From the sequence record DRR378314_445: DNA of 64,000 bases; one strand, 5' to 3'. Each line of letters begins with the position of its first letter. Position 1 is the stretch's first letter. Made by a program: the position numbers and the translations under genes. Under the pieces are notes generated by a model that was not told where the DNA came from, searched no databases, and saw nothing but the letters and a program-made list of their open reading frames with translations. Shown here piece by piece: positions 8,966 through 18,906 of the stretch.

Positions 8966-9496
8966 TTAAGACTTTTTCGCGCGTTCAAAAGAAGACACAA
9001 TTTCTTCTTTTGCTGCAGCGGCATCACCCCAACCGTCAACTTTAACCCACTTACCTTTTTCCAGCTCTTTGTAACGCTCGAAGAAGTGAGTGATTTGTGC
9101 TTTTAACAACTCAGGCAGGTCATCAACGTCATTGATGTGATCGTACTCTTTAGTCAGCTTACTGACCGGAACCGCGATAACTTTCGCATCTTCACCTGAC
9201 TCGTCAGTCATTTTTAACACGCCAACCGGGCGGCATTTAATAACAGAACCAGCTTGCAGCGGGTACGGAGTCGGGACAAGTACGTCTACCGGGTCACCAT
9301 CTAAAGACAGCGTCTGGTTAACAAAACCGTAGTTGGCCGGATAAAACATAGCGGTTGCCATAAAACGGTCAACCCACAATGTACCGGTGTCTTTATCAAC
9401 TTCGTATTTAATCGGATCGGCGTTTGCCGGAATCTCGATGATGACGTTAACTTCTTCTGGCATGTTTGCGCCAGCCGTTACGTTTCCTAAGCTCAT
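8966..9496 (-). CDS. ppa: Inorganic pyrophosphatase
   Basis: [28 protein letters not shown] and HFFERYK. Confidence 0.98.
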   Translation of the reverse strand: MSLGNVTAGANMPEEVNVIIEIPANADPIKYEVDKDTGTLWVDRFMATAMFYPANYGFVNQTLSLDGDPVDVLVPTPYPLQAGSVIKCRPVGVLKMTDESGEDAKVIAVPVSKLTKEYDHINDVDDLPELLKAQITHFFERYKELEKGKWVKVDGWGDAAAAKEEIVSSFERAKKS

Positions 9497-9540
9497 AGTA
9501 CTTCCTGCTGTAGTAATAAAATAATAAAAGGTACTGCGCG

Positions 9541-9568
9541 ATTATAGCGGCTCGGGCTACTCACGCAA
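9541..9568 (-). promoter_or_regulatory. Sigma70 promoter upstream of ppa
   Basis: Minus strand reads TTGCGT-N16-TATAAT followed by GC-rich CGCGC. Confidence 0.55.
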
Positions 9569-9592
9569 TAGCCGCGCACTATCGACATCAGT

Positions 9593-10576
9593 CTAATAAG
9601 GTTTTGGATGTTGCTTATGGTAATCCATACACACATCTACCTCATTGGCAGATCCCATAACCACCGAGACGCGCTGGTGAATATGCTCGGGTACAATTTC
9701 CATTAAACGGCTGTAACCGTCAGTGGCTTTCCCGCCGGCTTTTTCCACCAGCATAGCCATAGGCGCAGCTTCGTATAAAAGACGCAGCTTAAAGGGTTTT
9801 TCCGGCTTACGAGCATCCCAGGGGTAAGTGAATAAACCACCACGCGAAATAACCCGGTGCACATCAGAGACCATCGCGGCATTCCAGCGCATATTAAAGT
9901 TCTTGCCGCGCGGACCTTCTTCGCCTTCCAGCAAGTCGCTAATGTAAGCGCGGATTGGGTCAGCCCAGTGACGACGGTTCGACATATTAATGGCAAACTC
10001 TTTGGTATCTTTCGGGATTTCCGCTTTCTCGTGGGTCAATAAGAATTCACCAACGGTCTGATCCAGAGTGTAAATTCGCACCGCTTTACCGGTTGTCATA
10101 ACCAGCATAGTTGCAGGACCATACAAGACATAACCGGCAGCAACCTGAGCTTTACCAGGTTGCAGGAACATGTTCTCGCTGGTCTCTTCGCCTTCAGGCT
10201 TACGCAGAATAGAGAAAATAGTACCCACACCACCGTTTATGTCGATGTTAGAGCTTCCGTCCAGTGGGTCAAATGCTACCAGGTAATGGCCTGAATTCGG
10301 GCTCTCAACAATGGAATCTTCTTCTTCAGAAGCAACAGCATGGACGTTAGGTGACTCAAGCAACAGAGTTTTTAACAGCTGATTGGCGACAACATCGAGC
10401 TTCTTTTGCGTTTCGCCCTGAATGTTTTCGTCCAGAGTTGAGCCTAATACACCGGCTAATGCGCCCTGATGCAGACGGAAAGAAATTTCCTTGGCCGCAA
10501 TTTGAATGGTGTTAATAACAGAGATAAGCGACTCACTGGTTTGATCCGCTCTCAGTGTTGGTAATAAACGTTTCAT
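9593..10576 (-). CDS. fbp: Fructose-1,6-bisphosphatase class I
   Basis: GETQKKLDV, ASEEE, FDPLDGSSNID and KLRLLYEA. Confidence 0.97.
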   Translation of the reverse strand: MKRLLPTLRADQTSESLISVINTIQIAAKEISFRLHQGALAGVLGSTLDENIQGETQKKLDVVANQLLKTLLLESPNVHAVASEEEDSIVESPNSGHYLVAFDPLDGSSNIDINGGVGTIFSILRKPEGEETSENMFLQPGKAQVAAGYVLYGPATMLVMTTGKAVRIYTLDQTVGEFLLTHEKAEIPKDTKEFAINMSNRRHWADPIRAYISDLLEGEEGPRGKNFNMRWNAAMVSDVHRVISRGGLFTYPWDARKPEKPFKLRLLYEAAPMAMLVEKAGGKATDGYSRLMEIVPEHIHQRVSVVMGSANEVDVCMDYHKQHPKPY

Positions 10577-10726
10577 GAAAGTTCCTGCAGCTCTGGTTAT
10601 TGGGTGCTAACAAATGTTTGTTCAGAGAGCGCAAATGATACCTTATTTTTTGGTAAAAATCCTGCTTGTCAGTGAGTACGGTGGTACACTTTCGGTATTT
10701 TTAAAGCGAACGGATTTAGAGAGCAC

Positions 10727-12064
10727 ATGCACATTCATATTGTTGGGATTTGCGGAACTTTTATGGGAGGCGTGGCCGCCATTGCACAGCAACTGGGCCA
10801 TCGGGTGACCGGGTCTGATGCTAAGGTCTATCCGCCCATGAGCACGCAATTGGAAAACCTCGGTATTGAATTGATGCAGGGCTACTCGCATAACAATTTA
10901 AAGCCACGTCCCGACATAGTGATTATCGGTAACGCGTTAAGCCGTGGTAACGACGAAGTTGAAGCTGTTTTACGCGAGCGCATTCCCTATGTGTCTGGTG
11001 CGCAATGGCTGCACGACAACGTATTAACCCAGCGCTGGGTTCTGGCGGTTGCCGGAACTCACGGCAAAACCACCACCGCGAGTATGCTGGCCTGGATCTT
11101 AGAAGACAACGGATTCGCCCCCGGTTTTATGATTGGTGGCATACCGGGGAACTTTCCGGTCAGTGCACGTTTAACCGATTCGAACTTCTTTGTGATTGAA
11201 GCCGATGAGTACGATACGGCGTTTTTTGATAAACGATCCAAGTTTGTTCATTATGCACCAGATACGTTAATTCTGAATAATCTGGAATTTGATCATGCAG
11301 ACATCTTCCCTGATTTAGCAGCTATCCAACGACAGTTTGCGCATTTGCTGCGGGTTGTTCCCGACACCGGTCAGGTGATTCTACCCGCGGGCGATAAAGC
11401 ACTGGATGAAGTTCAGGAGCAAGGCTGCTGGAGCCCAGTGGTGCGTATGGGTGAGCAGGGCGACTGGCAGACAAAATTGCTTAAAACTGACGGTACGGAG
11501 TTTGAAGTGCATTATCAGGGCAAGTGTATTGCGCAGGTTAGCTGGAACGTATTGGGTACTCATAACGTTAATAATGCCATGATGGCCATTATCGCCGCCG
11601 CCCATGTTGGCATAAAAGCTGAGCAGAGTGCGCAGGCGTTAAACCGTTTTAGAAGTCCCAAACGACGTATGGAGTTACTGGGCGAGCACCGCGGCGTAAA
11701 AGTCTTTGATGATTTTGCTCACCACCCAAGCGCGATTAAGACAACCGTATCCGGTTTGCGGCAGCATCAGCCTGACAGTCGCATTATTGCGGTACTTGAA
11801 CCGCGCTCAAATACCATGAAAATGGGCGTCCACAGCGATACCTTGGTTCAGTCATTAGAAGACGCAGACAGTGTATTCGTATTGCAGCCCGAAGGGCTAA
11901 AATGGCAATTGGCCGAAAAAATGCCCAAGGCGCATGTGTTTGAGTCGACCGACGACTTGCTGGCAGGGTTGCTAGCCGAAGTCAGAGCCGGAGACGCCGT
12001 ACTTATTATGAGTAATGGCAGCTTTGATGGTTTGCACCAGCGCTTTCTTAAAGCCTTGCAATAA
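10727..12064 (+). CDS. mpl: Murein tripeptide ligase
   Basis: MHIHIVGICGTFMGG, GTHGKTT, EADEYDTAFFDKRSKF, DDFAHHP and EPRSNTM; divergent from fbp as in E. coli. Confidence 0.97.
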   Translation: MHIHIVGICGTFMGGVAAIAQQLGHRVTGSDAKVYPPMSTQLENLGIELMQGYSHNNLKPRPDIVIIGNALSRGNDEVEAVLRERIPYVSGAQWLHDNVLTQRWVLAVAGTHGKTTTASMLAWILEDNGFAPGFMIGGIPGNFPVSARLTDSNFFVIEADEYDTAFFDKRSKFVHYAPDTLILNNLEFDHADIFPDLAAIQRQFAHLLRVVPDTGQVILPAGDKALDEVQEQGCWSPVVRMGEQGDWQTKLLKTDGTEFEVHYQGKCIAQVSWNVLGTHNVNNAMMAIIAAAHVGIKAEQSAQALNRFRSPKRRMELLGEHRGVKVFDDFAHHPSAIKTTVSGLRQHQPDSRIIAVLEPRSNTMKMGVHSDTLVQSLEDADSVFVLQPEGLKWQLAEKMPKAHVFESTDDLLAGLLAEVRAGDAVLIMSNGSFDGLHQRFLKALQ

Positions 12065-12087
12065 CTGGATGACACAGGAACCGTTCA

Positions 12088-12708
12088 ATGAAAACCGACA
12101 ATAGAATTACTGTTGCGATAACCGGTGCCTCGGGTGCCCCTTACGCGCTGCGTTTGTTACAATGTTTGCTTGATCAGGATCAACAGGTGCTGTTGCTAAT
12201 TTCCAGTGCTGCCCGGGTCGTATTGGCAACGGAGCAGGGCATGCAAATTCCGGCAGCTCCTGACAAAGCAGCGGCAATGCTGTGTGAACACTTTTCGGTT
12301 GGTGCTGAGCAACTCAAAGTTTACGGCAAAGAAGAATGGTTTTCGCCGGTGGCTTCAGGTTCAGCGGCGCCCGCGAAAATGGTGGTGTGCCCTTGTTCAA
12401 CCAGTACCTTGTCGTCAATTGCGCATGGCAGTAGTAATACGTTGATCGAGCGCGCCGCCGATGTCGTATTGAAGGAGCGCGGACAATTAATTTTAGTTCC
12501 GAGGGAGTCTCCGCTTTCGACAATCCACTTACAGAACATGCTGCAACTCAGTCAGCAGGGCGTAACGATAATGCCGGCAGCGCCGGGCTTCTATCATCAA
12601 CCAGAAAGTATTGATGATTTAATCGATTTTATGGTGGCCAGAATGCTGGATCATCTTGGCCTTGAGCAGCGTTTAGTCAGTCGCTGGGGCTATGGAAAGG
12701 AGTCATAA
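12088..12708 (+). CDS. ubiX: Flavin prenyltransferase
   Basis: [26 protein letters not shown] and PAAPGFYH. Confidence 0.96.
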   Translation: MKTDNRITVAITGASGAPYALRLLQCLLDQDQQVLLLISSAARVVLATEQGMQIPAAPDKAAAMLCEHFSVGAEQLKVYGKEEWFSPVASGSAAPAKMVVCPCSTSTLSSIAHGSSNTLIERAADVVLKERGQLILVPRESPLSTIHLQNMLQLSQQGVTIMPAAPGFYHQPESIDDLIDFMVARMLDHLGLEQRLVSRWGYGKES

Positions 12709-12716
12709 AGAGGTCT

Positions 12717-13646
12717 ATGAAAGCTTTAGAAATTACAGGCTTACGCAAAACATACCGTGGTGGTTTTGAAGCCTTAAAAGGTATTGATTTAGAGGTTGAA
12801 GAAGGTGATTTCTATGCACTGCTTGGCCCTAATGGAGCCGGGAAGTCGACCACCATCGGAATTATTTCATCGCTGGTAAATAAAACCTCGGGTCAGGTGA
12901 AGGTTTTTGGTTACGACTTAGACACGCAACTCACCGATTTAAAACGCCAGATTGGTTTGGTGCCGCAGGAATTTAACTTCAATCAGTTTGAAACGGTTCA
13001 GCAAATTGTCGTGAATCAGGCGGGTTACTATGGTGTTCCTCGCTCGCTGGCTAAGGAACGTTCTGAAAAATACCTGAAACAGTTGGGGTTATGGGATAAG
13101 CGCAATGAACCGGCTCGCTCTTTGTCTGGAGGCATGAAACGCCGCTTGATGATAGCCCGCGCATTACTGCACGAACCTAAATTACTGATTCTGGATGAGC
13201 CAACGGCAGGCGTTGATATCGAATTACGCCGCTCTATGTGGGACTACCTGACCAAGATTAACCAGCAAGGTATTACCATTATTCTGACCACCCACTATCT
13301 GGAAGAGGCCGAAACGCTGTGCCGTAACATCGGTATTATTGATAGTGGCCGGATTATTGAAAACACGTCAATGAAGCGCTTGCTGGCGCAGCTAAGCCGG
13401 GAAACCTTTGTCTTAGATTTAGAGCCGGGTCATAACGGCGCAGAAATAGAGAACTTTAATCACCGTTGGACAGATGAGCAGACACTGGAAGTGGAAGTTG
13501 ATAAAAATGCCGGGCTGAACGCCGTGTTCGAGCAGCTTTCTGCCCAAAAAGTAAAAGTATTGTCAATGCGTAATAAAGCCAACCGTTTAGAGGAATTGTT
13601 TGTGTCTATGGTCGAGCAGGGGCGTCAGCAGGAGGAAGCCAAATGA
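12717..13646 (+). CDS. yadG: ABC-2 type transporter ATP-binding protein
   Basis: GPNGAGKST, LSGGMKRRLMIARAL, DEPTAGVD and terminal MRNKANRLEELF. Confidence 0.9.
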   Translation: MKALEITGLRKTYRGGFEALKGIDLEVEEGDFYALLGPNGAGKSTTIGIISSLVNKTSGQVKVFGYDLDTQLTDLKRQIGLVPQEFNFNQFETVQQIVVNQAGYYGVPRSLAKERSEKYLKQLGLWDKRNEPARSLSGGMKRRLMIARALLHEPKLLILDEPTAGVDIELRRSMWDYLTKINQQGITIILTTHYLEEAETLCRNIGIIDSGRIIENTSMKRLLAQLSRETFVLDLEPGHNGAEIENFNHRWTDEQTLEVEVDKNAGLNAVFEQLSAQKVKVLSMRNKANRLEELFVSMVEQGRQQEEAK

Positions 13647-14422
13647 GCCATTCCGCAGCTAATTTTATTGCGTTAAAAACCATCTGGATAAAAGAGTGCA
13701 CCCGCTTTCTTCGTATTTGGATACAAACCCTGGTGCCGCCGGCAATTACCATGACCTTGTACTTCGTCATTTTCGGTAGCATTGTGGGCGAACGAATTGG
13801 TGAAATGAGTGGCGTCGGCTATATGGAGTTCATTGTTCCGGGCCTTATTATGATGTCCGTTATTACTAACTCCTATTCCAATGTCGCGTCGTCTTTCTTT
13901 AGCGCTAAGTTTCAGCGCAATATCGAAGAAATGCTGGTGTCGCCTGTTCCTACCGCGGTTATTATTGCCGGTTATGTCGGTGGCGGTATGGCAAGAGCCT
14001 TGATTGTCGCGGTTATTGTCACCTGCGTGTCTTTCTTCTTTGTAGAAGACATCCAAATTGCTCATATTGGTTATGTCATATTAACCGTCATTTTAACCTC
14101 CACACTCTTCTGTCTGGGCGGGTTAATTAATGCCGTTTACGGCAAAACCTTTGATGACATTTCTATCGTACCTACATTCGTACTGACGCCGCTAACCTAC
14201 TTAGGCGGTGTGTTTTACTCGGTTAGTCTGTTGCCGGAATTCTGGCAAAAAGTGTCAATGGCAAACCCTGTATTGTACATGGTGAATGGTTTCCGTTATG
14301 GCTTTCTAGGTCAGTCAGACGTGGGTATAGGTCTTGCCATAGCGGTTCTGGTGGGCTTCAATGTGCTGTTCTTTGCGGCGGCTTACTATATTCTCGATAA
14401 AGGCATAGGAATCCGCTCCTGA
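13643..14422 (+). CDS. yadH: ABC-2 type transporter permease
   Basis: RFLRIWIQTLVPP, PGLIMMSVITNSYSNVASSFF and TPLTYLGGVFYS; overlaps the yadG stop. Confidence 0.9.
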   Translation: MSHSAANFIALKTIWIKECTRFLRIWIQTLVPPAITMTLYFVIFGSIVGERIGEMSGVGYMEFIVPGLIMMSVITNSYSNVASSFFSAKFQRNIEEMLVSPVPTAVIIAGYVGGGMARALIVAVIVTCVSFFFVEDIQIAHIGYVILTVILTSTLFCLGGLINAVYGKTFDDISIVPTFVLTPLTYLGGVFYSVSLLPEFWQKVSMANPVLYMVNGFRYGFLGQSDVGIGLAIAVLVGFNVLFFAAAYYILDKGIGIRS

Positions 14423-15096
14423 TGCAGCAGGCAAGACCGGTTACAACTAACCAGAATGGCCCGCATGAAGATACTGAAGCAGCAGTCCGTCGCCATTTAG
14501 AAAGTGAGTTTTTGAAACCTATTCAGGAGCACAACCAGCAGGCGTTTGACGAAATCAACGCGCAGGTTGAAAGCTGGGGTGGGCCGATTATTCTGGATTC
14601 CTGCTGCGGCGTGGGCGAAAGTACTGCAAAACTGGCAGAAATTCATTCCGATGCTATGGTTATCGGCGTTGATAAATCGGCGCATCGGGTCGACCGTCAC
14701 AGCCATTATCAGACCAGCGAGAATGGTCAGCGGTACTGGGTGGTAAGAGCCGACCTGAATGATTTCTGGCGGTTGGCGAACATAGCCGGATGGCGGCCCC
14801 GGCAGCACTGCATTTTTTACCCAAACCCCTGGCCTAAATCGGCTCATTTAGCCCGCCGCTGGCATGGTAGTCCGGTATGGAAAGATGTGGTTGCGCTTGG
14901 CGGTGAATTGCATATGCGTTCTAATTGGAGCCTATACTTGTTAGAGGTGGCGCAGGCACTTAAGGTGAGCGGGCATTATGCCGATATCTCACTGTTGTCC
15001 GATGACGCTGAGCCAATAACGCCTTTTGAACGCAAATATAAGAACAGCGGTCAGGCTTTATGGCAACTGCACGCGAATTTATCTAAGGAGTCTTGA
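14422..15096 (+). CDS. TrmB-like SAM-dependent methyltransferase (divergent paralog)
   Basis: LDSCCGVG, IGVDKS, FYPNPWPKSAHLARR and TPFERKY. Confidence 0.8.
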   Translation: MQQARPVTTNQNGPHEDTEAAVRRHLESEFLKPIQEHNQQAFDEINAQVESWGGPIILDSCCGVGESTAKLAEIHSDAMVIGVDKSAHRVDRHSHYQTSENGQRYWVVRADLNDFWRLANIAGWRPRQHCIFYPNPWPKSAHLARRWHGSPVWKDVVALGGELHMRSNWSLYLLEVAQALKVSGHYADISLLSDDAEPITPFERKYKNSGQALWQLHANLSKES

Positions 15097-16746
15097 TTGA
15101 GCCCTAAAACAGACATAGCGGAAGTGAATCAGGAATCGCTGTATCGCATATTTACGATACCCGAGGCTCCTGATTCAACGCTGGGTAAAATCGAAAAGCA
15201 TCTCTCAGAAAACCTGATGGGTTTTCTGGGGGAACATATTGTTGCCCGCGAAAAGCCGCTGCAGGAAATTGAGCGTGACTTCGATAAGTCGCAGATACCG
15301 GAAGAACCCGCTTTTGTTTCCGACCATACTGAATTTCTGTTGGATAAGCTGGTCGCTCATTCGGTGCATACGGCGTCGCCGCGTTTTATCGGCCATATGA
15401 CATCAGCCTTGCCGTATTTCCTGCTGCCTTTAGCTAAGCTTATGGTGGGGCTGAATCAGAATCTGGTTAAAATTGAGACCTCTAAAGCCTTTACGCCGCT
15501 TGAACGTAACGTTATTGGCATGATGCATCATCTGGTGTATCAGCAGGACGCGCCGTTTTATAATCGCTGGATGCATAGCGCTCAGCACTCGCTGGGAGCT
15601 TTCTGCTCGGGCGGAACCATAGCCAACATGACGGCTCTTTGGGTAGCGCGCAACCGGTTGTTACAGGCAGATGGTGATTTCGCGGGCATTTCAGCCGATG
15701 GACTGGCCGCAGGTCTTCAGCATTATGGCTACTCAAAGTTAACTGTAGTGGTGTCCGAGCGTGGGCACTATTCATTAAGTAAAGCTGCGGATGTACTTGG
15801 TATTGGTCGCCGAAATTTAGTGTCGGTGGCAACAGACAGTGATAACCGTATTCGTATTGATGAATTACGAAAAACCTGCGAAAAAATTGCAAAAGAAGGC
15901 GGTAAGGTGCTTGCGCTGGTTGGTGTCGCTGGTACAACCGAAACCGGCCACATTGATCCGCTCGACGAAATGGCGACTGTTGCAGAAGAAGTGGATGCTC
16001 ACTTTCATGTAGACGCCGCGTGGGGTGGTGCGACGTTATTATCTGAACAGCATCGTCCGTTACTGGCCGGTATCGAGAGAGCCGACAGTGTCACTATTGA
16101 TGCGCATAAGCAAATGTACGTCCCTATGGGCGCTGGGCTGGTGTTATTTAAGAACCCGGCATTGGTTAAGTCCATAGAGTACCATGCCGAGTATATTATT
16201 CGTCAGGGCTCGAAAGATTTAGGTTCGCATACCATGGAAGGCTCACGCGCGGGCATGGCTATGATGGTGTTTTCGGCCATGCATGTTATCGGTCGCCGTG
16301 GTTACGAGCTGCTGATTAATAACAGTATTGATAAAGCACGTTATTTCTCTAAGCTGATTTCTGAGCAGGATGACTTTGAAGTCATTACTGAGCCTGAACT
16401 TTGTATTCTGACCTATCGTTTTGTACCAATCAAAGTAAAAACGGTGTTGGATAAAGCGACGCCAGAGCAGCTGGCGCGCTTGACGCCGCACTTAAACGCA
16501 CTGACGCGATATATTCAGAAGCGTCAGCGGGAGACGGGACAGTCATTTGTATCCCGGACTAAGTTAACACCGGCTCAATATCATCATGAACCAACGGTGG
16601 TTTTCCGCGTGGTGCTGGCAAACCCATTAACAACCGATGAGATGCTGCAGGAAGTTTTATGCGAACAGCGTAAAATTGCGGCAAAAGCCACCAGTTTGCG
16701 TGGCGCTCTGCATACTGAAATGCGCGAACTGGGTATGCTTATTTAG
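15097..16746 (+). CDS. panP: PLP-dependent aspartate 1-decarboxylase (group II decarboxylase)
   Basis: [31 protein letters not shown] and PLP lysine in DAHK; TTG start with SD AAGGAG; adjoins panC. Confidence 0.88.
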   Translation: MSPKTDIAEVNQESLYRIFTIPEAPDSTLGKIEKHLSENLMGFLGEHIVAREKPLQEIERDFDKSQIPEEPAFVSDHTEFLLDKLVAHSVHTASPRFIGHMTSALPYFLLPLAKLMVGLNQNLVKIETSKAFTPLERNVIGMMHHLVYQQDAPFYNRWMHSAQHSLGAFCSGGTIANMTALWVARNRLLQADGDFAGISADGLAAGLQHYGYSKLTVVVSERGHYSLSKAADVLGIGRRNLVSVATDSDNRIRIDELRKTCEKIAKEGGKVLALVGVAGTTETGHIDPLDEMATVAEEVDAHFHVDAAWGGATLLSEQHRPLLAGIERADSVTIDAHKQMYVPMGAGLVLFKNPALVKSIEYHAEYIIRQGSKDLGSHTMEGSRAGMAMMVFSAMHVIGRRGYELLINNSIDKARYFSKLISEQDDFEVITEPELCILTYRFVPIKVKTVLDKATPEQLARLTPHLNALTRYIQKRQRETGQSFVSRTKLTPAQYHHEPTVVFRVVLANPLTTDEMLQEVLCEQRKIAAKATSLRGALHTEMRELGMLI

Positions 16747-17584
16747 CCGCTGCGTTGGTAACTCGTAAGTTATCAATTAAGCGTGTTTTGCCCATAAAAG
16801 CGGCTGCCAGAATGACCCACTCGGGGTCTTTAGGCGTCGCTTCTTGTAAATCCGCGGCGTTACGAATACTGAAATAATCCGGCACAAACCCCGCCTGGGT
16901 CAGCTTTTCTTTTGCTGCAGCTTCCAGCTCACCAAAGTCAGTGTTTACACTCAGTTTAGCTTTGGTTTCTTCCAGGGTTTTATAAAGCGCCGCCGCTTGT
17001 TGCTTTTGCTCTGTGGATAAGTAACCGTTACGCGAGCTCATGGCCAGACCACTGGTTTCGCGCTGTGTGGCTGTCCCCAGAACTTCTACAGGCAGGCTTA
17101 GGTCTTGTACCATTAAGCGAATAACCTGAAGCTGTTGATAATCTTTTTCGCCAAACACGGCCAGTTGTGGCTGCACCATATTAAATAGTTTACAAACAAT
17201 AGTGGCGACGCCGGTGAAATGCCCCGGGCGACTGGCTCCGCAAAGAATGTCACTGATGCCGGGTACTTCAATACGAGTCTGTCTGTCGAGGCCGCGAGGA
17301 TAAACATCATTTACCTGAGGGGTAAATACCGCAGAAACACCTAAAGCGTCCAGTGCCTGACAGTCAGCTTCCAACGTGCGCGGGTAACTGTCGAGATCCT
17401 CGTTTGCACCGAATTGCATTGGGTTGACAAAAATACTGACAACCACGTTGTCGCATCGTTCTAATGCTGTTTTTACCAGCTGCAGGTGGCCATCATGCAG
17501 GTTACCCATAGTCGGTACTAGAGCCACTTCAGACTGTTGTTGACGCCATCTACGAAGTTCAGCAAGTGATTTTAAAATTCTCAT
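16739..17584 (-). CDS. panC: Pantoate-beta-alanine ligase
   Basis: [40 protein letters not shown] and RLIDN. Confidence 0.98.
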   Translation of the reverse strand: MRILKSLAELRRWRQQQSEVALVPTMGNLHDGHLQLVKTALERCDNVVVSIFVNPMQFGANEDLDSYPRTLEADCQALDALGVSAVFTPQVNDVYPRGLDRQTRIEVPGISDILCGASRPGHFTGVATIVCKLFNMVQPQLAVFGEKDYQQLQVIRLMVQDLSLPVEVLGTATQRETSGLAMSSRNGYLSTEQKQQAAALYKTLEETKAKLSVNTDFGELEAAAKEKLTQAGFVPDYFSIRNAADLQEATPKDPEWVILAAAFMGKTRLIDNLRVTNAAAK

Positions 17585-18381
17585 TTGTAGCTGTGCTCTG
17601 CTGTCGGGAACTCACCTGAACGCACTTGCTCGGAGTATAAACGGAATGCATCAGCAAGCGAGCCGCCCTGAGCTAAAAAGTCTTTGGCAAATTTGGGCAA
17701 ATAGTCACTGTTCATGCCGAGCATATCGTGCATAACTAAAATTTGTCCGTCCGTGTCTGCGCCTGCGCCAATACCAATAGTAGGAATAGATACCTGCTCG
17801 GTAATACGTTTACCCAGAGAAGCGGGTACGCATTCCAGAACAAGTAATTGCGCGCCGGCCTGTTCGAGAGCCAAAGCCTGGTTCAGTGTGTCGTCGGCCT
17901 GTTGCTGCTCTTTGCCTTGTACTTTATAACCACCAAGAACATTAACCGATTGCGGCAGTAAACCAAGGTGAGCGCAAACCGGAATGCCCCGGGTTTTCAA
18001 GCCTTCAATGGTTTCAACCAGCCAGTGACCACCTTCCAGTTTGACCATGTTGGCACCTGCCTGCATTAAAGCTGCCGCCACATCATAGGCTTGCTCGGGT
18101 GTGCTGTAAGTCATAAATGGCATGTCTGCTATAACAAAGGCATTGCTGGCACCACGACGCACACACTGAGTGTGGTAAATCATATCATCGACAGTTACTG
18201 GCACAGTTGAGTCGCGTCCCTGCACAACATTACCCAGTGAATCGCCCACCAGAATAAAGTCGACGCCTTGCTCGGTCATGAGTTTAGCAAAACTTGAGTC
18301 ATAGGCGGTGAGGGAGCTGATTTTGGTCCCTTCCCGTTTCATTTTTTGTAACGTTGCAATGCTGGTTTTGGTTGTTGCCAT
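17581..18381 (-). CDS. panB: 3-methyl-2-oxobutanoate hydroxymethyltransferase
   Basis: LTAYD, LVGDSLG, ADMPF, VKLEGG and IGIGAG...DGQILV. Confidence 0.98.
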   Translation of the reverse strand: MATTKTSIATLQKMKREGTKISSLTAYDSSFAKLMTEQGVDFILVGDSLGNVVQGRDSTVPVTVDDMIYHTQCVRRGASNAFVIADMPFMTYSTPEQAYDVAAALMQAGANMVKLEGGHWLVETIEGLKTRGIPVCAHLGLLPQSVNVLGGYKVQGKEQQQADDTLNQALALEQAGAQLLVLECVPASLGKRITEQVSIPTIGIGAGADTDGQILVMHDMLGMNSDYLPKFAKDFLAQGGSLADAFRLYSEQVRSGEFPTAEHSYK

Positions 18382-18399
18382 GACGCACCTTCAGCAGTT

Positions 18400-18906
18400 T
18401 TAGATGGTTATATCAGACCGACAGATTAGCACGTCCAGACCCTCTTCGGTAAGAGTCTCTGTTTGTTGTTTTGCGGTATTGCCATTAGGCAAAAGTTTGT
18501 CGGCGGCTATTTCGACCAGAGGATAAAGTACAAAGCTGCGTTCATATAACCCCGGGTGAGGAACCCTGAGAGAGTCCGATTGATGTTGCTGCTCATCAAA
18601 CAGCAGCAGGTCAAGGTCCAGCGTGCGCTCGCCCCAATGCCTGACTCGTTTACGACCAAAAGCATCTTCTATATCGTGTAAGGCTTGCAAAAGCTCGGCC
18701 GCCGGTAAGCTAGTGCTTACGGAACAAACTGCATTAACGTAATCGGGCTGGTCTTGCGGGCCCATAGGTTTGCTACCGTAAAGAGAGGAATAAGCTAATA
18801 ATTGCCAGCGGGAATCATTATTCAGCGCCTTTAAAGCCGACAGAATATTGTCCATCGGCTTACCGAGGTTACTACCCAGCGCAATAAAGGCTTTATGTTG
18901 CGTCAT
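18400..18906 (-). CDS. folK: 2-amino-4-hydroxy-6-hydroxymethyldihydropteridine diphosphokinase
   Basis: IALGSNL, QPDYVNAV, RHWGERTLDLDLL and PHP; the likely ATG is at 18906. Confidence 0.96.
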   Translation of the reverse strand: MTQHKAFIALGSNLGKPMDNILSALKALNNDSRWQLLAYSSLYGSKPMGPQDQPDYVNAVCSVSTSLPAAELLQALHDIEDAFGRKRVRHWGERTLDLDLLLFDEQQHQSDSLRVPHPGLYERSFVLYPLVEIAADKLLPNGNTAKQQTETLTEEGLDVLICRSDITI

